Below, piece by piece: positions 1 through 10,348 of a stretch of DNA of 64,000 nt (its first letter is position 1; each line of letters opens with the position of its first letter). The notes under the pieces were generated by a model. It did not search any database and had not been told where the DNA came from. It saw only the letters and a list, made by a program, of their open reading frames with translations. Source of the stretch: an uncultured Streptococcus sp. (GTDB lineage: Bacteria; Bacillota; Bacilli; Lactobacillales; Streptococcaceae); NCBI RefSeq assembly GCF_963528215.1, contig NZ_CAURVL010000010.1:6472-70471 (forward strand), written 5' to 3'. The position numbers and the translations under genes are program-made.

Positions 1-2
1 AT

Positions 3-2843
3 AATGTTCTTAGTGATGTCAATGTTATGAATGGGAATGCGATTAGTGGCTATCACTATCGAGGAATGCGAATAACTGACTCATATAGCAACAAGGAGAA
101 CAGAGTCTACAAAGTGACTCTTGAAAAGGATGAGGTTGTCACCAAGGAATCGCTCGAAGAGAGAGGAACATTGATTGATGCTGCTCAAATCCCAAGTAAG
201 AAATCTGAAATCAACTCTCTTGCCGTACCGAAAGTCGAAAGCTTACTGACTAGCAGAAATATAGAAAGTGATTTTTCTAAGATAGAAGACTATCAAGCTA
301 GTCGAGTTTTAGCGTATAAGAATATCGAAAAATTACTGCCGTTTTATAATAAGGCAACCATTGTCAAATACGGTAATCTGGTAAAAGAAGATAGCGCTTT
401 GTATGAAAAAGAAGTCCTGTCTGCAGTCATAATGAAGGATAATGAAGTAATTACAGATATTGCTTCGCATAAAGAGGTGGCTAATAAGCTCTTGCTTCAT
501 TATAAGGATCATTCATCTGAAATACTAGATATCACCTACCAATCTGACTTTAGTAAGTTAGCAGAATATCGTGTCGGCGATACTGATCTCATCTATACGC
601 CGAATCAATTCTTGCATAGTCATAGTTCGATCATCAATGAAGTTTTGCCTGATTTGAGAGCGGTCGATTATCAGTCAGAGGCTATCAGAAACACCTTAGG
701 TATTTCTTCAGGAGTTTCATTAACGGAATTATACTTAGAAGAGCAGTTTGCCAGAACGAAAGAAAATATAGCAAATACACTGGAAAAACTTTTGTCTGCC
801 GATGCAGTTACTACTAGCGAAAATCAAACGATTAATGGTTATGTCGTTGATAAAATCAAACGCAACAAGGAAGCCTTGCTTCTAGGTTTGACCTATTTAG
901 AGCGCTGGTACAACTTTAACTATGGTGACGTGAATGTCAAAGACATAGTCATGTATCACATGGATTTCTTTGGTAAGGGCAATGCATCACCTCTAGACAC
1001 AATCATTGAATTAGGTAAATCAGGCTTTAGCAATCTTCTGGCCAAGAACAACGTAGATGCCTATAGCATTAGCCTTGCAAACAATAATGCAACAAAAGAT
1101 TTGTTTAGCACGCTTGCTAATTACCGAGAAGTATTTTTACCAAATAAAACAAATAATCAATGGTTCAAAGAGCAAACCAAGGCTTATATCGTTGAAGAAA
1201 AATCAGCTATTGATGAGGTGAGGGTCAAACAAGAGCAGGCTGGCAGCAAATACTCTATCGGGGTTTATGATCGAATTACCAGCGACACTTGGAAATACCG
1301 AAATATGGTTTTACCATTGCTGACAATGCCTGAAAGATCTATCTTTGTCATATCGACTATATCCAGTCTTGGCTTTGGGGCCTATGATAGATATAGAAAT
1401 AATGAGCACAGAGCAGGGGCAGAACTTAATAAATTTGTTGAGGATAATGCTCAGGAAACCGCAAAACGCCAACGCGATCATTATGATTATTGGTATAGAA
1501 TATTAGACGAGCAGGGGCGTGAAAAGCTCTATCGAAATATCTTGGTCTATGATGCCTATAAGTTTGGCGATGACACTACTGTTGGCAAAGCTACAGCGGA
1601 GGCGCAATTTGACAGTTCTAATCCAGCTATGAAGTATTTCTTTGGACCTGTTGGAAACAAGGTTGTACACAATAAGCATGGTGCTTATGCTACTGGAGAC
1701 GGGGTTTACTACATGGGCTATCGGATGCTGGACAAGGACGGAGCCATTACCTATACCCATGAAATGACGCATGATTCTGATAATGAAATCTATTTAGGCG
1801 GATATGGAAGAAGAAGCGGTCTTGGTCCAGAATTCTTCGCCAAGGGCTTGTTGCAAGCGCCGGATCATTCAGATGATGCGACAATCACGGTCAACTCCAT
1901 TCTCAAATATGACAAGAAAGATGCGACTGAAAAATCTCGTTTGCAAGTCCTTGATCCAACTGAACGATTTAGAGATGCGGATGATTTGAAAAACTACGTT
2001 CACAACATGTTTGATGTCATTTATATGCTGGAGTACCTAGAAGGGATGTCAATCGTAAACCGTCTGTCCGATGTACAGAAAGTGAACGCGCTGAGAAAAA
2101 TTGAGAATAACTATGTTCGAGATGCTGATGGAAATGATGTTTACGCAACCAATGTGATAAAAAATATTACAATGGCGGATGCGCAAAAATTAAATTCATT
2201 CGACAGTCTCATTGAAAATGATATTCTTTCAGCGCGTGAGTACAAAAATGGCGAAGTAGAAAGAAACGGCTACCATACGATTAAACTCTTCTCTCCGATT
2301 TATTCGGCATTAAGCAGTGAAAAAGGAACGCCTGGAGATCTTATGGGAAGGCGTATGGCTTATGAACTTCTAGCAGCCAAAGGTTTTAAAGATGGTATGG
2401 TTCCTTATATCTCTAACCAGTATGAAGATGATGCCAAGCAAAATGGAAAAACGATCAGTATCTATGGTAAGACCAGAGGTCTGGTAACAGATGACTTGGT
2501 TTTACGTAAGGTCTTCAATGGTCAGTTTAATAATTGGGCCGAGTTTAAGAAGGCTATGTATGAGGAACGGAAAAACAAGTTCGACAGCTTGAACAAGGTC
2601 ACATTTGATGATACGAGACAACCATGGACAAGTTATGCTACTAAGACTATAAGTACTGTAGAAGAGTTGCAAACCTTGATGGATGAAGCAGTTCTCAAAG
2701 ATGCAAATGATAATTGGTATTCTTGGAGCGGCTATAAACCAGAACATGACAGTGCTGTGCATAAGCTGAAAAAAGCAGTCTTCAAAGCTTACCTCGATCA
2801 GACCAATGATTTCAGAAAATCAATCTTTGAAAACCAGAAGTGA
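3..2843 (+). CDS. iga: M26 zinc metalloprotease (IgA1 protease/Zmp family), 5'-truncated by window edge
   Basis: Frame is open from position 3; HEMTH zinc motif followed by GRRSGLGPEFFA; C-terminus FRKSIFENQK resembles streptococcal IgA1 proteases. iga versus another zmp paralog not certain. Confidence 0.8.
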   Translation, partial: NVLSDVNVMNGNAISGYHYRGMRITDSYSNKENRVYKVTLEKDEVVTKESLEERGTLIDAAQIPSKKSEINSLAVPKVESLLTSRNIESDFSKIEDYQASRVLAYKNIEKLLPFYNKATIVKYGNLVKEDSALYEKEVLSAVIMKDNEVITDIASHKEVANKLLLHYKDHSSEILDITYQSDFSKLAEYRVGDTDLIYTPNQFLHSHSSIINEVLPDLRAVDYQSEAIRNTLGISSGVSLTELYLEEQFARTKENIANTLEKLLSADAVTTSENQTINGYVVDKIKRNKEALLLGLTYLERWYNFNYGDVNVKDIVMYHMDFFGKGNASPLDTIIELGKSGFSNLLAKNNVDAYSISLANNNATKDLFSTLANYREVFLPNKTNNQWFKEQTKAYIVEEKSAIDEVRVKQEQAGSKYSIGVYDRITSDTWKYRNMVLPLLTMPERSIFVISTISSLGFGAYDRYRNNEHRAGAELNKFVEDNAQETAKRQRDHYDYWYRILDEQGREKLYRNILVYDAYKFGDDTTVGKATAEAQFDSSNPAMKYFFGPVGNKVVHNKHGAYATGDGVYYMGYRMLDKDGAITYTHEMTHDSDNEIYLGGYGRRSGLGPEFFAKGLLQAPDHSDDATITVNSILKYDKKDATEKSRLQVLDPTERFRDADDLKNYVHNMFDVIYMLEYLEGMSIVNRLSDVQKVNALRKIENNYVRDADGNDVYATNVIKNITMADAQKLNSFDSLIENDILSAREYKNGEVERNGYHTIKLFSPIYSALSSEKGTPGDLMGRRMAYELLAAKGFKDGMVPYISNQYEDDAKQNGKTISIYGKTRGLVTDDLVLRKVFNGQFNNWAEFKKAMYEERKNKFDSLNKVTFDDTRQPWTSYATKTISTVEELQTLMDEAVLKDANDNWYSWSGYKPEHDSAVHKLKKAVFKAYLDQTNDFRKSIFENQK

Positions 2844-2946
2844 TGGATTTGAGCTGTCAAATGGTCTGCAAAGTTGCAATTCTGAAATGTTAGGGCAGAG
2901 CTTGAATTACTCTTAGACTCAGACCTTCTTGCAGATAAGAAATGAC

Positions 2947-2975
2947 GAACCTAGTGAGAACTAGGTTCTTTTTTT
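2947..2975 (+). terminator. Rho-independent terminator after the protease gene
   Basis: gaacctag-N6-ctaggttc followed by a T run. Confidence 0.75.
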
Positions 2976-2981
2976 ATACAA

Positions 2982-3011
2982 TGTACACGCTTTCATTTTT
3001 TGTGCTATAAT
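2982..3011 (+). promoter_or_regulatory. cre-like site and extended -10 promoter for the small ORFs
   Basis: TGTACACGCTTTCA (2982-2995; one mismatch to TGWAANCGNTNWCA) and TGTGCTATAAT (3001-3011). Confidence 0.5.
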
Positions 3012-3054
3012 GATGTCAGAATAGCATTAGGATTGTAAGGAAAGAAGGTGTATT

Positions 3055-3210
3055 ATGATGGATGACCATCATTCACTTGTTAAGCAAAATAGTGATACTT
3101 TGCGTGTAGTTGATACTCTATTTGTCATAGCAGCTATATTTGTTCTTGCCCAGCTAATCTATCATTTGGGTGAGTACGCTGGCCAGATTACCTATTATTT
3201 GAGCCATTAG
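3055..3210 (+). CDS. small hypothetical membrane protein, 51 aa (not in ORF track)
   Basis: Translated by hand: MMDDHHSLVKQNSDTLRVVDTLFVIAAIFVLAQLIYHLGEYAGQITYYLSH; RBS aagaaggtg; one hydrophobic segment. Confidence 0.65.
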   Translation: MMDDHHSLVKQNSDTLRVVDTLFVIAAIFVLAQLIYHLGEYAGQITYYLSH

Positions 3211-3232
3211 AGTATTGAGAGGAAGTGTTCTT

Positions 3233-3451
3233 ATGTCAAGAAATGTTATAACTAGGATTTTAAGAGGAATCAGTATTTTCGCTCTTTCATTACTGTTTTT
3301 ATTGGTTTTGTCAAATCTTGTTTTGGCTCATGTCTACCATATTCCTCTTATGGGAGACACCATTAAAACAGTTGCTGGTCTGTTTTCAGGCAGTTTGTTG
3401 CTGACAGTCAGTTATGAGGTTGATACTAGACAGGAAAAAAGTCCCCAATAA
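3233..3451 (+). CDS. small hypothetical membrane protein, 72 aa
   Basis: ATG at 3233 after gagagga; two hydrophobic segments. Confidence 0.65.
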   Translation: MSRNVITRILRGISIFALSLLFLLVLSNLVLAHVYHIPLMGDTIKTVAGLFSGSLLLTVSYEVDTRQEKSPQ

Positions 3452-3583
3452 CCTTTACCCGCTTTCATATTTTTGTTATAATATCTATAGTAAGGCGTGC
3501 GTTTGCGCGCTCTTTTCTGTGTTTAGAAAGCACTTGGGTGCTTTAGAGTGAATTATTTTTGAATAGATGGTGAAGGAGGACTT

Positions 3584-5320
3584 ATGTTATACATTTGGTC
3601 TTATTTGAAGAGATATCCTAAGTGGCTGGTCTTGGACTTTGTCGCGGCAATCTTTTTTGTAATCGTCAATCTAGGTCTGCCAACGGTGCTGGCTCGGATG
3701 ATTGATGAGGGAATCAATCCTAAGCAGACAGACCGGCTCTTTTTCTGGGCTTGGGTGATGTTTGGCGTTATTATCTTAGGAGTGCTGGGACGAATCGTTC
3801 TGGCTTATGCGGCCGGGAAGCTAACGACGACCATGGTGCAGGACATGCGCAATGATCTCTATGCTAAGCTGCAAGAGTATTCTCATCATGAGTATGAGCA
3901 AATCGGTGTATCCTCTTTGGTCACTCGCTTGACTTCGGATGCTTATGTTCTTATGCAGTTTGCAGAGCAAACCCTGAAAATGGGTGTCATTACTCCCATG
4001 ATGATGCTGTCCAGTATTCTCATGATTTTTCTGACCAGTCCGTCTCTGGCCTGGATTGTAGCTGTTTCAGTGCCCTTCTTGGCTGTTGTGGTCATTTATG
4101 TGGCGGTTAAAACTAAGCCCTTGTCTGAAAAGCAGCAGAAGACCCTTGATAAGATTAATCAGTATGTGAGGGAAAATTTGACTGGTCTGCGCGTTATTCG
4201 AGCTTTTGCAAGAGAGGAATTTCAAGAGAAGCGTTTTGCTGACGAAAATGAGGTCTACGCGCAAAACTCCAATAAGCTCTTTAAGCTGACTGGTCTGACA
4301 GAGCCGCTCTTTGTGCAGATTATTATTGCGATGATTGTGGCCATTGTCTGGTTTGCCCTAGATCCTTTGCGGGATGGAAGTCTTGAAATCGGAAATCTTG
4401 TTGCCTTTATCGAATACAGCTTTCACGCCCTGCTGTCCTTCCTCTTCTTGGCTAATCTCTTTACTATGTATCCGCGGACTGCGGTATCGAGCCAGCGGCT
4501 CAAGGAAGTCATGGACATGCCCATTTCAATCAATCCTAATGAAGATGGTGTAACCGAAACAGAGACGAAGGGTTATCTGGAGTTCGATAATGTAACCTTT
4601 GCTTATCCGGGTGAGACGGAGAGTCCTGTACTGCATAATATTTCCTTCAAAGCCAAGCCGGGTGAGACTATTGCATTTATCGGTTCTACTGGTTCTGGTA
4701 AGTCTACACTGGTGCAGCTGATTCCTCGCTTTTACGATGTAACACTGGGCAAGATTTTAGTGGATGGTGTGGATGTCCGAGAGTACAATCTGAAGGCACT
4801 GCGTCAGAAGATTGGATTTATTCCGCAGAAGGCTCTGCTATTTACCGGAACCATTGCAACGAACCTACGCTACGGAAAGGAAGATGCTAGCCAAGAGGAG
4901 CTGAGTCAGGCAGCTGAGGTTGCTCAAGCCAAGGACTTTATCGAGAGCCGGGAAGAGCGTTTTGAGACTCATCTGGCCGAGGGAGGCAGTAATCTATCTG
5001 GTGGGCAGAAGCAGCGGCTCTCTATCGCCCGTGCAGTGGTTAAAAAGCCGGATATTTATATCTTTGATGACTCTTTTTCTGCTCTGGATTATAAGACGGA
5101 TGCAGTGCTTCGTCGTCGTCTCAAGGAAGTGACAGGTCAGGCAACGGTGCTGATTGTAGCTCAACGGGTGGGAACTATCATGGACGCTGACCAAATTATT
5201 GTTCTGGATCAGGGTGAAATCGTTGGACGCGGGAAGCATGAAGAGCTGATGGAAACCAATGATATCTATCGTGAAATTGCGGATTCGCAGCTGAAAAATC
5301 AAGCTTTGACAGAGGAATAG
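3584..5320 (+). CDS. heterodimeric ABC exporter subunit (TMD-NBD) with degenerate catalytic residues
   Basis: GSTGSGKS, LSGGQ, Walker B IFDDS (D for E), switch AQR (Q for H). Confidence 0.9.
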   Translation: MLYIWSYLKRYPKWLVLDFVAAIFFVIVNLGLPTVLARMIDEGINPKQTDRLFFWAWVMFGVIILGVLGRIVLAYAAGKLTTTMVQDMRNDLYAKLQEYSHHEYEQIGVSSLVTRLTSDAYVLMQFAEQTLKMGVITPMMMLSSILMIFLTSPSLAWIVAVSVPFLAVVVIYVAVKTKPLSEKQQKTLDKINQYVRENLTGLRVIRAFAREEFQEKRFADENEVYAQNSNKLFKLTGLTEPLFVQIIIAMIVAIVWFALDPLRDGSLEIGNLVAFIEYSFHALLSFLFLANLFTMYPRTAVSSQRLKEVMDMPISINPNEDGVTETETKGYLEFDNVTFAYPGETESPVLHNISFKAKPGETIAFIGSTGSGKSTLVQLIPRFYDVTLGKILVDGVDVREYNLKALRQKIGFIPQKALLFTGTIATNLRYGKEDASQEELSQAAEVAQAKDFIESREERFETHLAEGGSNLSGGQKQRLSIARAVVKKPDIYIFDDSFSALDYKTDAVLRRRLKEVTGQATVLIVAQRVGTIMDADQIIVLDQGEIVGRGKHEELMETNDIYREIADSQLKNQALTEE

Positions 5321-5333
5321 AAAGGAGACTGAT

Positions 5334-7112
5334 ATGAAAAACACATCTAGTTTTGCTCGCCTGTGGAGCTATCTAAAAGTTTATAAGTTTGCAGTCTCCT
5401 TTGCGATCTTCCTCAAAATCCTCAGCGTCGTTATGAGTGTCGTCGAGCCCTTTGTCTTAGGTCTAGCCATTACAGAACTGACAAATAATTTGCTGGATAT
5501 GGCTAAAGGTGTGGCTGGTGCCCAGATTAATGTGTCCTATGTTGGCTGGGTTATGGTCTTGTATTTTGTGCGAGCGATTTTTTATGAAATCGGTTCTTAC
5601 TATTCTAATTACTTTATGACCAATGCAGTACAGGCTACCATTCGTGACTTGCGAGATGAACTGAGTCATAAGATTAATCGCATCCCCGTTTCTTACTTTG
5701 ATAAGCACCAGTTTGGTGACTTGCTGGGGCGTTTTACCAGCGATGTCGAAGCTGTGTCCAATGCCTTACAGCAGTCCTTTCTGCAGGTTATCAACGCAGT
5801 CTTTACTCTGATCTTGGTTATCGTCATGGTATTGGTGCTCAATCTGCAGTTGGGTATAATTGTGGTAATTTCGATTCCGATTACCTACCTCAGTGCTCGC
5901 TTTATCGTGAAGAAATCCCAGCCTTACTTTAAACAGCAGGCAGATGCACTAGGAGCTATGAATGGCTTTGTTCAGGAGAATTTGACAGGCTTTAATATTT
6001 TGAAGCTCTATGTCAGAGAAGAAAGCTCCCAGGAGGATTTTCGTCAAATTACGCAAAAATTGCAGAAAGTAGGTTTTAAGGCCAGCTTTATTTCTGGTTT
6101 GATGATGCCTGTTTTGAATGTTATTTCAGATCTGACTTATCTCTTGCTAGCTCTGCTGGGCGGCCTTCAGGTTATTGCTGGTCGCTTGACAGTCGGAAAT
6201 ATGCAGGCTTTTGTTCAGTATGTTTGGCAGATTAATCAGCCTATTCAAAATCTAACTCAGCTGGCAGGTCAGCTTCAGAGTGCCAAGTCTTCTTTGGATC
6301 GGATTTTCCAAGTGCTTGATGAGGCAGACGAAGTCAATGATGAGACAGAAAAGCTGGATCAAGATCTGACAGGTCAGGTTAGCTTCAAGGATGTGGACTT
6401 CCAGTATGTAGCAGACAAGCCGCTCATTCGGAATTTCAATCTGGAAGTCAAACCTGGAGAAATGGTGGCTATTGTTGGTCCGACTGGTGCTGGTAAGACC
6501 ACGCTGATTAACTTGCTCATGCGTTTCTACGATGTGACCAAAGGCGCGATTACAGTTGATGGGCATGATATACGACATCTGTCCCGTCAGGAATACCGTA
6601 AACAGTTCGGTATGGTGCTGCAGGATGCCTGGCTTTATGAGGGGACTATCAAGGAAAATCTTCGCTTTGGCAATCTGCAAGCCACTGATGAAGAAATTGT
6701 AGAAGCGGCCAAGGCAGCTAATGTGGACCACTTTATCCGAACCCTACCAGGCGGCTACAATATGGAAATGAACCAAGAATCCAGCAATATCTCGCTGGGG
6801 CAGAAGCAGTTGCTTACGATCGCGAGGGCTCTTTTGGCCAATCCTAAGATTTTGATTTTGGATGAAGCGACCTCATCTGTTGATACACGGCTGGAGCTTT
6901 TGATCCAGAAGGCCATGAAAACACTCATGCAGGGTCGGACCAGTTTTGTCATCGCACACCGACTGTCGACCATTCAAGAAGCGGATAAGATTTTGGTGCT
7001 CAAGGACGGTCAGATTATCGAGCAAGGAAATCATGAGAGCCTATTGGCTGATAAAGGATTTTATTATGACCTTTATCAGAGTCAATTTTCTAAAAAAGCG
7101 GAAGAAGCTTGA
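5334..7112 (+). CDS. heterodimeric ABC exporter subunit (TMD-NBD) with consensus catalytic residues
   Basis: GPTGAGKT, ISLGQ, ILDEA, IAHRL. Confidence 0.9.
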   Translation: MKNTSSFARLWSYLKVYKFAVSFAIFLKILSVVMSVVEPFVLGLAITELTNNLLDMAKGVAGAQINVSYVGWVMVLYFVRAIFYEIGSYYSNYFMTNAVQATIRDLRDELSHKINRIPVSYFDKHQFGDLLGRFTSDVEAVSNALQQSFLQVINAVFTLILVIVMVLVLNLQLGIIVVISIPITYLSARFIVKKSQPYFKQQADALGAMNGFVQENLTGFNILKLYVREESSQEDFRQITQKLQKVGFKASFISGLMMPVLNVISDLTYLLLALLGGLQVIAGRLTVGNMQAFVQYVWQINQPIQNLTQLAGQLQSAKSSLDRIFQVLDEADEVNDETEKLDQDLTGQVSFKDVDFQYVADKPLIRNFNLEVKPGEMVAIVGPTGAGKTTLINLLMRFYDVTKGAITVDGHDIRHLSRQEYRKQFGMVLQDAWLYEGTIKENLRFGNLQATDEEIVEAAKAANVDHFIRTLPGGYNMEMNQESSNISLGQKQLLTIARALLANPKILILDEATSSVDTRLELLIQKAMKTLMQGRTSFVIAHRLSTIQEADKILVLKDGQIIEQGNHESLLADKGFYYDLYQSQFSKKAEEA

Positions 7113-7168
7113 TAACGCTTGCTAAATTTTTTGACAACTGCTAGAATATTAAGCAAAGTGAGGTAGCA

Positions 7169-7723
7169 ATGTCTTTAACTAGTCAAATTATTACAGCAGA
7201 ATTTCCTGACTTGGATAAGGTTGAGGCTTTAAACCGCGAGGCTTTTCCGATAGAGGAAAGGGCACCTATCAGCGAATTTCTCCGTTATACAAACGATAAG
7301 CGGTCTCATTTCTTTGCCTTCTACAATGAGGAAGAATTTGTTGGTTTTGCATTTGCAGTTTATAACGAAAAAATGTTCTATGTCAGCTTCTTTGCGATTA
7401 TGCCGCACCTTCGCAGCCATGGCTATGGGGGAGAAATTATTCATAAACTGACAGAGTTTTATCAAAAAACCATGGTTCTAGAGGTAGAACGTGTCGATGA
7501 AGAATGTGATAATTTAGAGCAACGTCAAGCACGTATGGATTTCTATAAGAGTAACGGCTTTCGAACGACCAATGCCTTTCTGGAATATGAAGGATTAAGC
7601 TTTGAAATCCTGTATTTGGGAGACCATTTTGATGAGGAGGCTTATCGAGATATTTTCCATATGCTGCAAGAGAAGAACTTTTTTGAATTCGAAATTAAGC
7701 ATAGAAGATTTAGCGATGTGTAA
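7169..7723 (+). CDS. GNAT-family N-acetyltransferase
   Basis: LRSHGYG acetyl-CoA-binding motif; FYKSNGF. Confidence 0.8.
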   Translation: MSLTSQIITAEFPDLDKVEALNREAFPIEERAPISEFLRYTNDKRSHFFAFYNEEEFVGFAFAVYNEKMFYVSFFAIMPHLRSHGYGGEIIHKLTEFYQKTMVLEVERVDEECDNLEQRQARMDFYKSNGFRTTNAFLEYEGLSFEILYLGDHFDEEAYRDIFHMLQEKNFFEFEIKHRRFSDV

Positions 7724-7753
7724 AGATTGCTAAATGATTTATAGCCATTTTTT

Positions 7754-7785
7754 AAAAGGTTGAGATAAGATGTCTCAACCTTTTT
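7754..7785. terminator. Rho-independent terminator
   Basis: aaaaggttgaga / tctcaacctttt inverted repeat. Confidence 0.75.
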
Positions 7786-8125
7786 GCTATAAAAAATCTC
7801 TTTTATTTTGCTTAGGATCAGGAAGGACAATATTGTATTTTTCTCGCATTCAGCAATAGTTGAGTATATCTGTTTAAAGAAAGTGAACCATCAAAAAAAA
7901 ATAAAGAGAGGTTGGTAAATTATACGATTTAAAACAAATTTATTTATCTTACTTTAAAATAAGCCTTAAATCTGTGGATAAGTCAGGAATTTGCTAAAAA
8001 TCTTCAAAAATATTTCGATTTATTTCGTTTTTTAAACCAACTTACCGTGAAAAGTTAAAAGTCTTGCGTATCGGGCTATTTCTGTATATACTGATAAAGC
8101 ATGAAAAAAATTAAAGGAGATTCCT

Positions 8126-9454
8126 GTGATTAAAAAAGGTGCCTTGATAGGCTTGCTCTTATTTGGAATATTTTTCGGTGCTGGGAATTTGATTTTCCCG
8201 CCTTCACTTGGAACATTATCTGGCCAGCATTTTTGGCCGGCTATTGCAGGATTTGTCCTGTCTGGGGTTGGGCTTGCTGTTCTGACTTTGATTATCGGAA
8301 CTCTCAATCCTAAGGGCTATATCCACGAGATTTCTCAGAAGATTGCGCCTTGGTTCGCTATTGTCTATCTTGTAGCCTTGTATCTGTCAATCGGGCCCTT
8401 TTTTGCTATTCCGCGGACTGCGACGGTGGCCTATGAAGTTGGTATCGCTCCTATCCTGTCTAAAAATATGACCGGTATGGGATTGATTGTTTTCACGACC
8501 CTTTACTTTGCAGCGGCTTATCTGATTTCTTTGAATCCATCTAAGATTTTGGATCGGATTGGACGTATTCTGACGCCAGTTTTTGCAGTTTTGATTATTA
8601 TCTTAGTCATTCTAGGAGCTTTGAAATACGGAACAACGACACCTCAGCAGGCTTCGCAAGCTTATTCTGCGTCAGCTTTTGGGCAAGGGTTCTTGGAAGG
8701 TTATAATACTTTGGATGCCTTGGCTTCCGTGGCTTTCAGCGTAATTGCTGTAACAACTCTTAACCAGCTTGGTTTCAAGAATAAAAAGGAATATATTTCA
8801 ACCATCTGGGTTGTTGGTTTGATGGTAGCGTTTGGCTTTAGCGCCATGTATATCGGTTTGGCGTTTCTGGGCAATCATTTCCCAGTTCCAGCTGAGATTA
8901 TTGCCAAAGGCAATCCAGGTGTTTATGTCCTATCGCAGGCGACACAGGCTATCTTTGGACCTACAGCCCAGATTTTCCTTGCAGCTATGGTTACTGTGAC
9001 TTGCTTTACGACAACAGCAGGACTTATTGTATCGACTGGGGAATTCTTCCATAAAACTTTCCCTAAGGTATCTTATAAAGTTTACGCAACTGTCTTTACT
9101 TTGATTGGATTTGCGATTGCCAATCTTGGCCTCAATGCCATTATCCAATATTCTGTTCCAGTCTTGCAAATTCTCTATCCAATTACCATTGTTATCGTAC
9201 TGATTGTCATTGTCAATAAATTCTTGCCACTGTCCAAAGTCGGTATGCAATTGACGGTAGCAGTAGTGACACTGATTTCCTTTGCGGGCATTCTTGGGCA
9301 GCAGTTCCATATTACAAAGGTAAGTGATATGGTAAATGCCCTTCCATTTGCTCAGGCTTCCCTGCCTTGGTTGATGCCGGCTCTAGTTGGAATCCTGCTT
9401 TCTCTTCTTTTGCCTAACAAGCAGAAGAGTGAGCGTTTTGAGATGGAGAGCTAA
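8126..9454 (+). CDS. brnQ: branched-chain amino acid transporter BrnQ
   Basis: FGIFFGAGNLIFPP, GPFFAIPRT and GYNTLDALAS motifs; GTG start after aaggag. Confidence 0.93.
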   Translation: MIKKGALIGLLLFGIFFGAGNLIFPPSLGTLSGQHFWPAIAGFVLSGVGLAVLTLIIGTLNPKGYIHEISQKIAPWFAIVYLVALYLSIGPFFAIPRTATVAYEVGIAPILSKNMTGMGLIVFTTLYFAAAYLISLNPSKILDRIGRILTPVFAVLIIILVILGALKYGTTTPQQASQAYSASAFGQGFLEGYNTLDALASVAFSVIAVTTLNQLGFKNKKEYISTIWVVGLMVAFGFSAMYIGLAFLGNHFPVPAEIIAKGNPGVYVLSQATQAIFGPTAQIFLAAMVTVTCFTTTAGLIVSTGEFFHKTFPKVSYKVYATVFTLIGFAIANLGLNAIIQYSVPVLQILYPITIVIVLIVIVNKFLPLSKVGMQLTVAVVTLISFAGILGQQFHITKVSDMVNALPFAQASLPWLMPALVGILLSLLLPNKQKSERFEMES

Positions 9455-9459
9455 TAGAT

Positions 9460-9488
9460 AACATCCGCCACAATGTGGTGGATGTTTT
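9460..9488 (+). terminator. terminator after brnQ
   Basis: aacatccgccac / gtggtggatgtt hairpin with T tail. Confidence 0.65.
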
Positions 9489-9610
9489 GCCAAATCCAGA
9501 AATCTCAGGCAAAATAACACCAAATTCAAGTTTTTTCAAATCTTTCTCTCTATTTTTAGGGAGATTTTTATTTTATACTAGAGTCAGAAATTGATAGAGA
9601 GGTTTTTGAA

Positions 9611-10321
9611 ATGGCAACAAGTTTTTTGTTCTTTATTTCTGTTTTTCTGGCGGGGATTCTATCTTTTTTCTCGCCCTGTATTTTACCGCTTATGCCAGTC
9701 TATGTGGGGATTTTGCTGGATTCTGATCAGCCGAAAACAGTTCGATTTATGGGAAGAGACATTTCCTGGTATGGTCTAGCTAAGACGCTCTGCTTTATAG
9801 CTGGCTTATCAACTGTATTCTTGGTTTTAGGCTACGGAGCTGGCGCTCTAGGGCAAGTCCTTTATGCCCCTTGGTTTCGCTATGTTCTGGGCGGGATTGT
9901 CATTCTACTGGGAATCCACCAGATGGGAATCATTAATATCCAGCAGCTGCAAAAGCAGAAAAGTATGCAGTTTAAGAAGGATGGGAATCGGAGTGATTTT
10001 CTTAACGCTTTTCTCTTGGGTATTACCTTTAGCTTTGGTTGGACGCCCTGTGTGGGACCTGTTCTGAGTTCTGTTTTAGCAATTGCAGCTTCTGGAGGTA
10101 ACGGCGCTCTTCAAGGCGGTTTGCTTATGTTGGTTTATACTTTGGGCTTATCGCTTCCTTTTTTAGCTATGGCTTTGGCTTCCGGCTGGGTATTACAGCG
10201 ATTTGCGAAACTCAAACCTTATATGGGAATGCTTAAGAAAATAGGCGGTTTCCTCATTATTCTAATGGGAATTTTGCTAATGCTGGGAAATCTCAACATC
10301 CTAGCATCGTTATTTGGATAA
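9611..10321 (+). CDS. ccdA: CcdA membrane electron transporter, copy 1
   Basis: SFFSPCILP and GWTPCVGP cysteine motifs. Confidence 0.93.
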   Translation: MATSFLFFISVFLAGILSFFSPCILPLMPVYVGILLDSDQPKTVRFMGRDISWYGLAKTLCFIAGLSTVFLVLGYGAGALGQVLYAPWFRYVLGGIVILLGIHQMGIINIQQLQKQKSMQFKKDGNRSDFLNAFLLGITFSFGWTPCVGPVLSSVLAIAASGGNGALQGGLLMLVYTLGLSLPFLAMALASGWVLQRFAKLKPYMGMLKKIGGFLIILMGILLMLGNLNILASLFG

Positions 10322-10348
10322 AAATTATATAATCAAAGGAGTCACACC

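Noticed and set aside
3584..5320. Non-canonical Walker B and switch residues as a sign of pseudogenisation
   Set aside because: This is the normal degenerate site of heterodimeric ABC exporters; the partner subunit carries the consensus residues
7973..7981. Perfect DnaA box TGTGGATAA
   Set aside because: Single 9-mer with no cluster; plausible by chance in 64 kb
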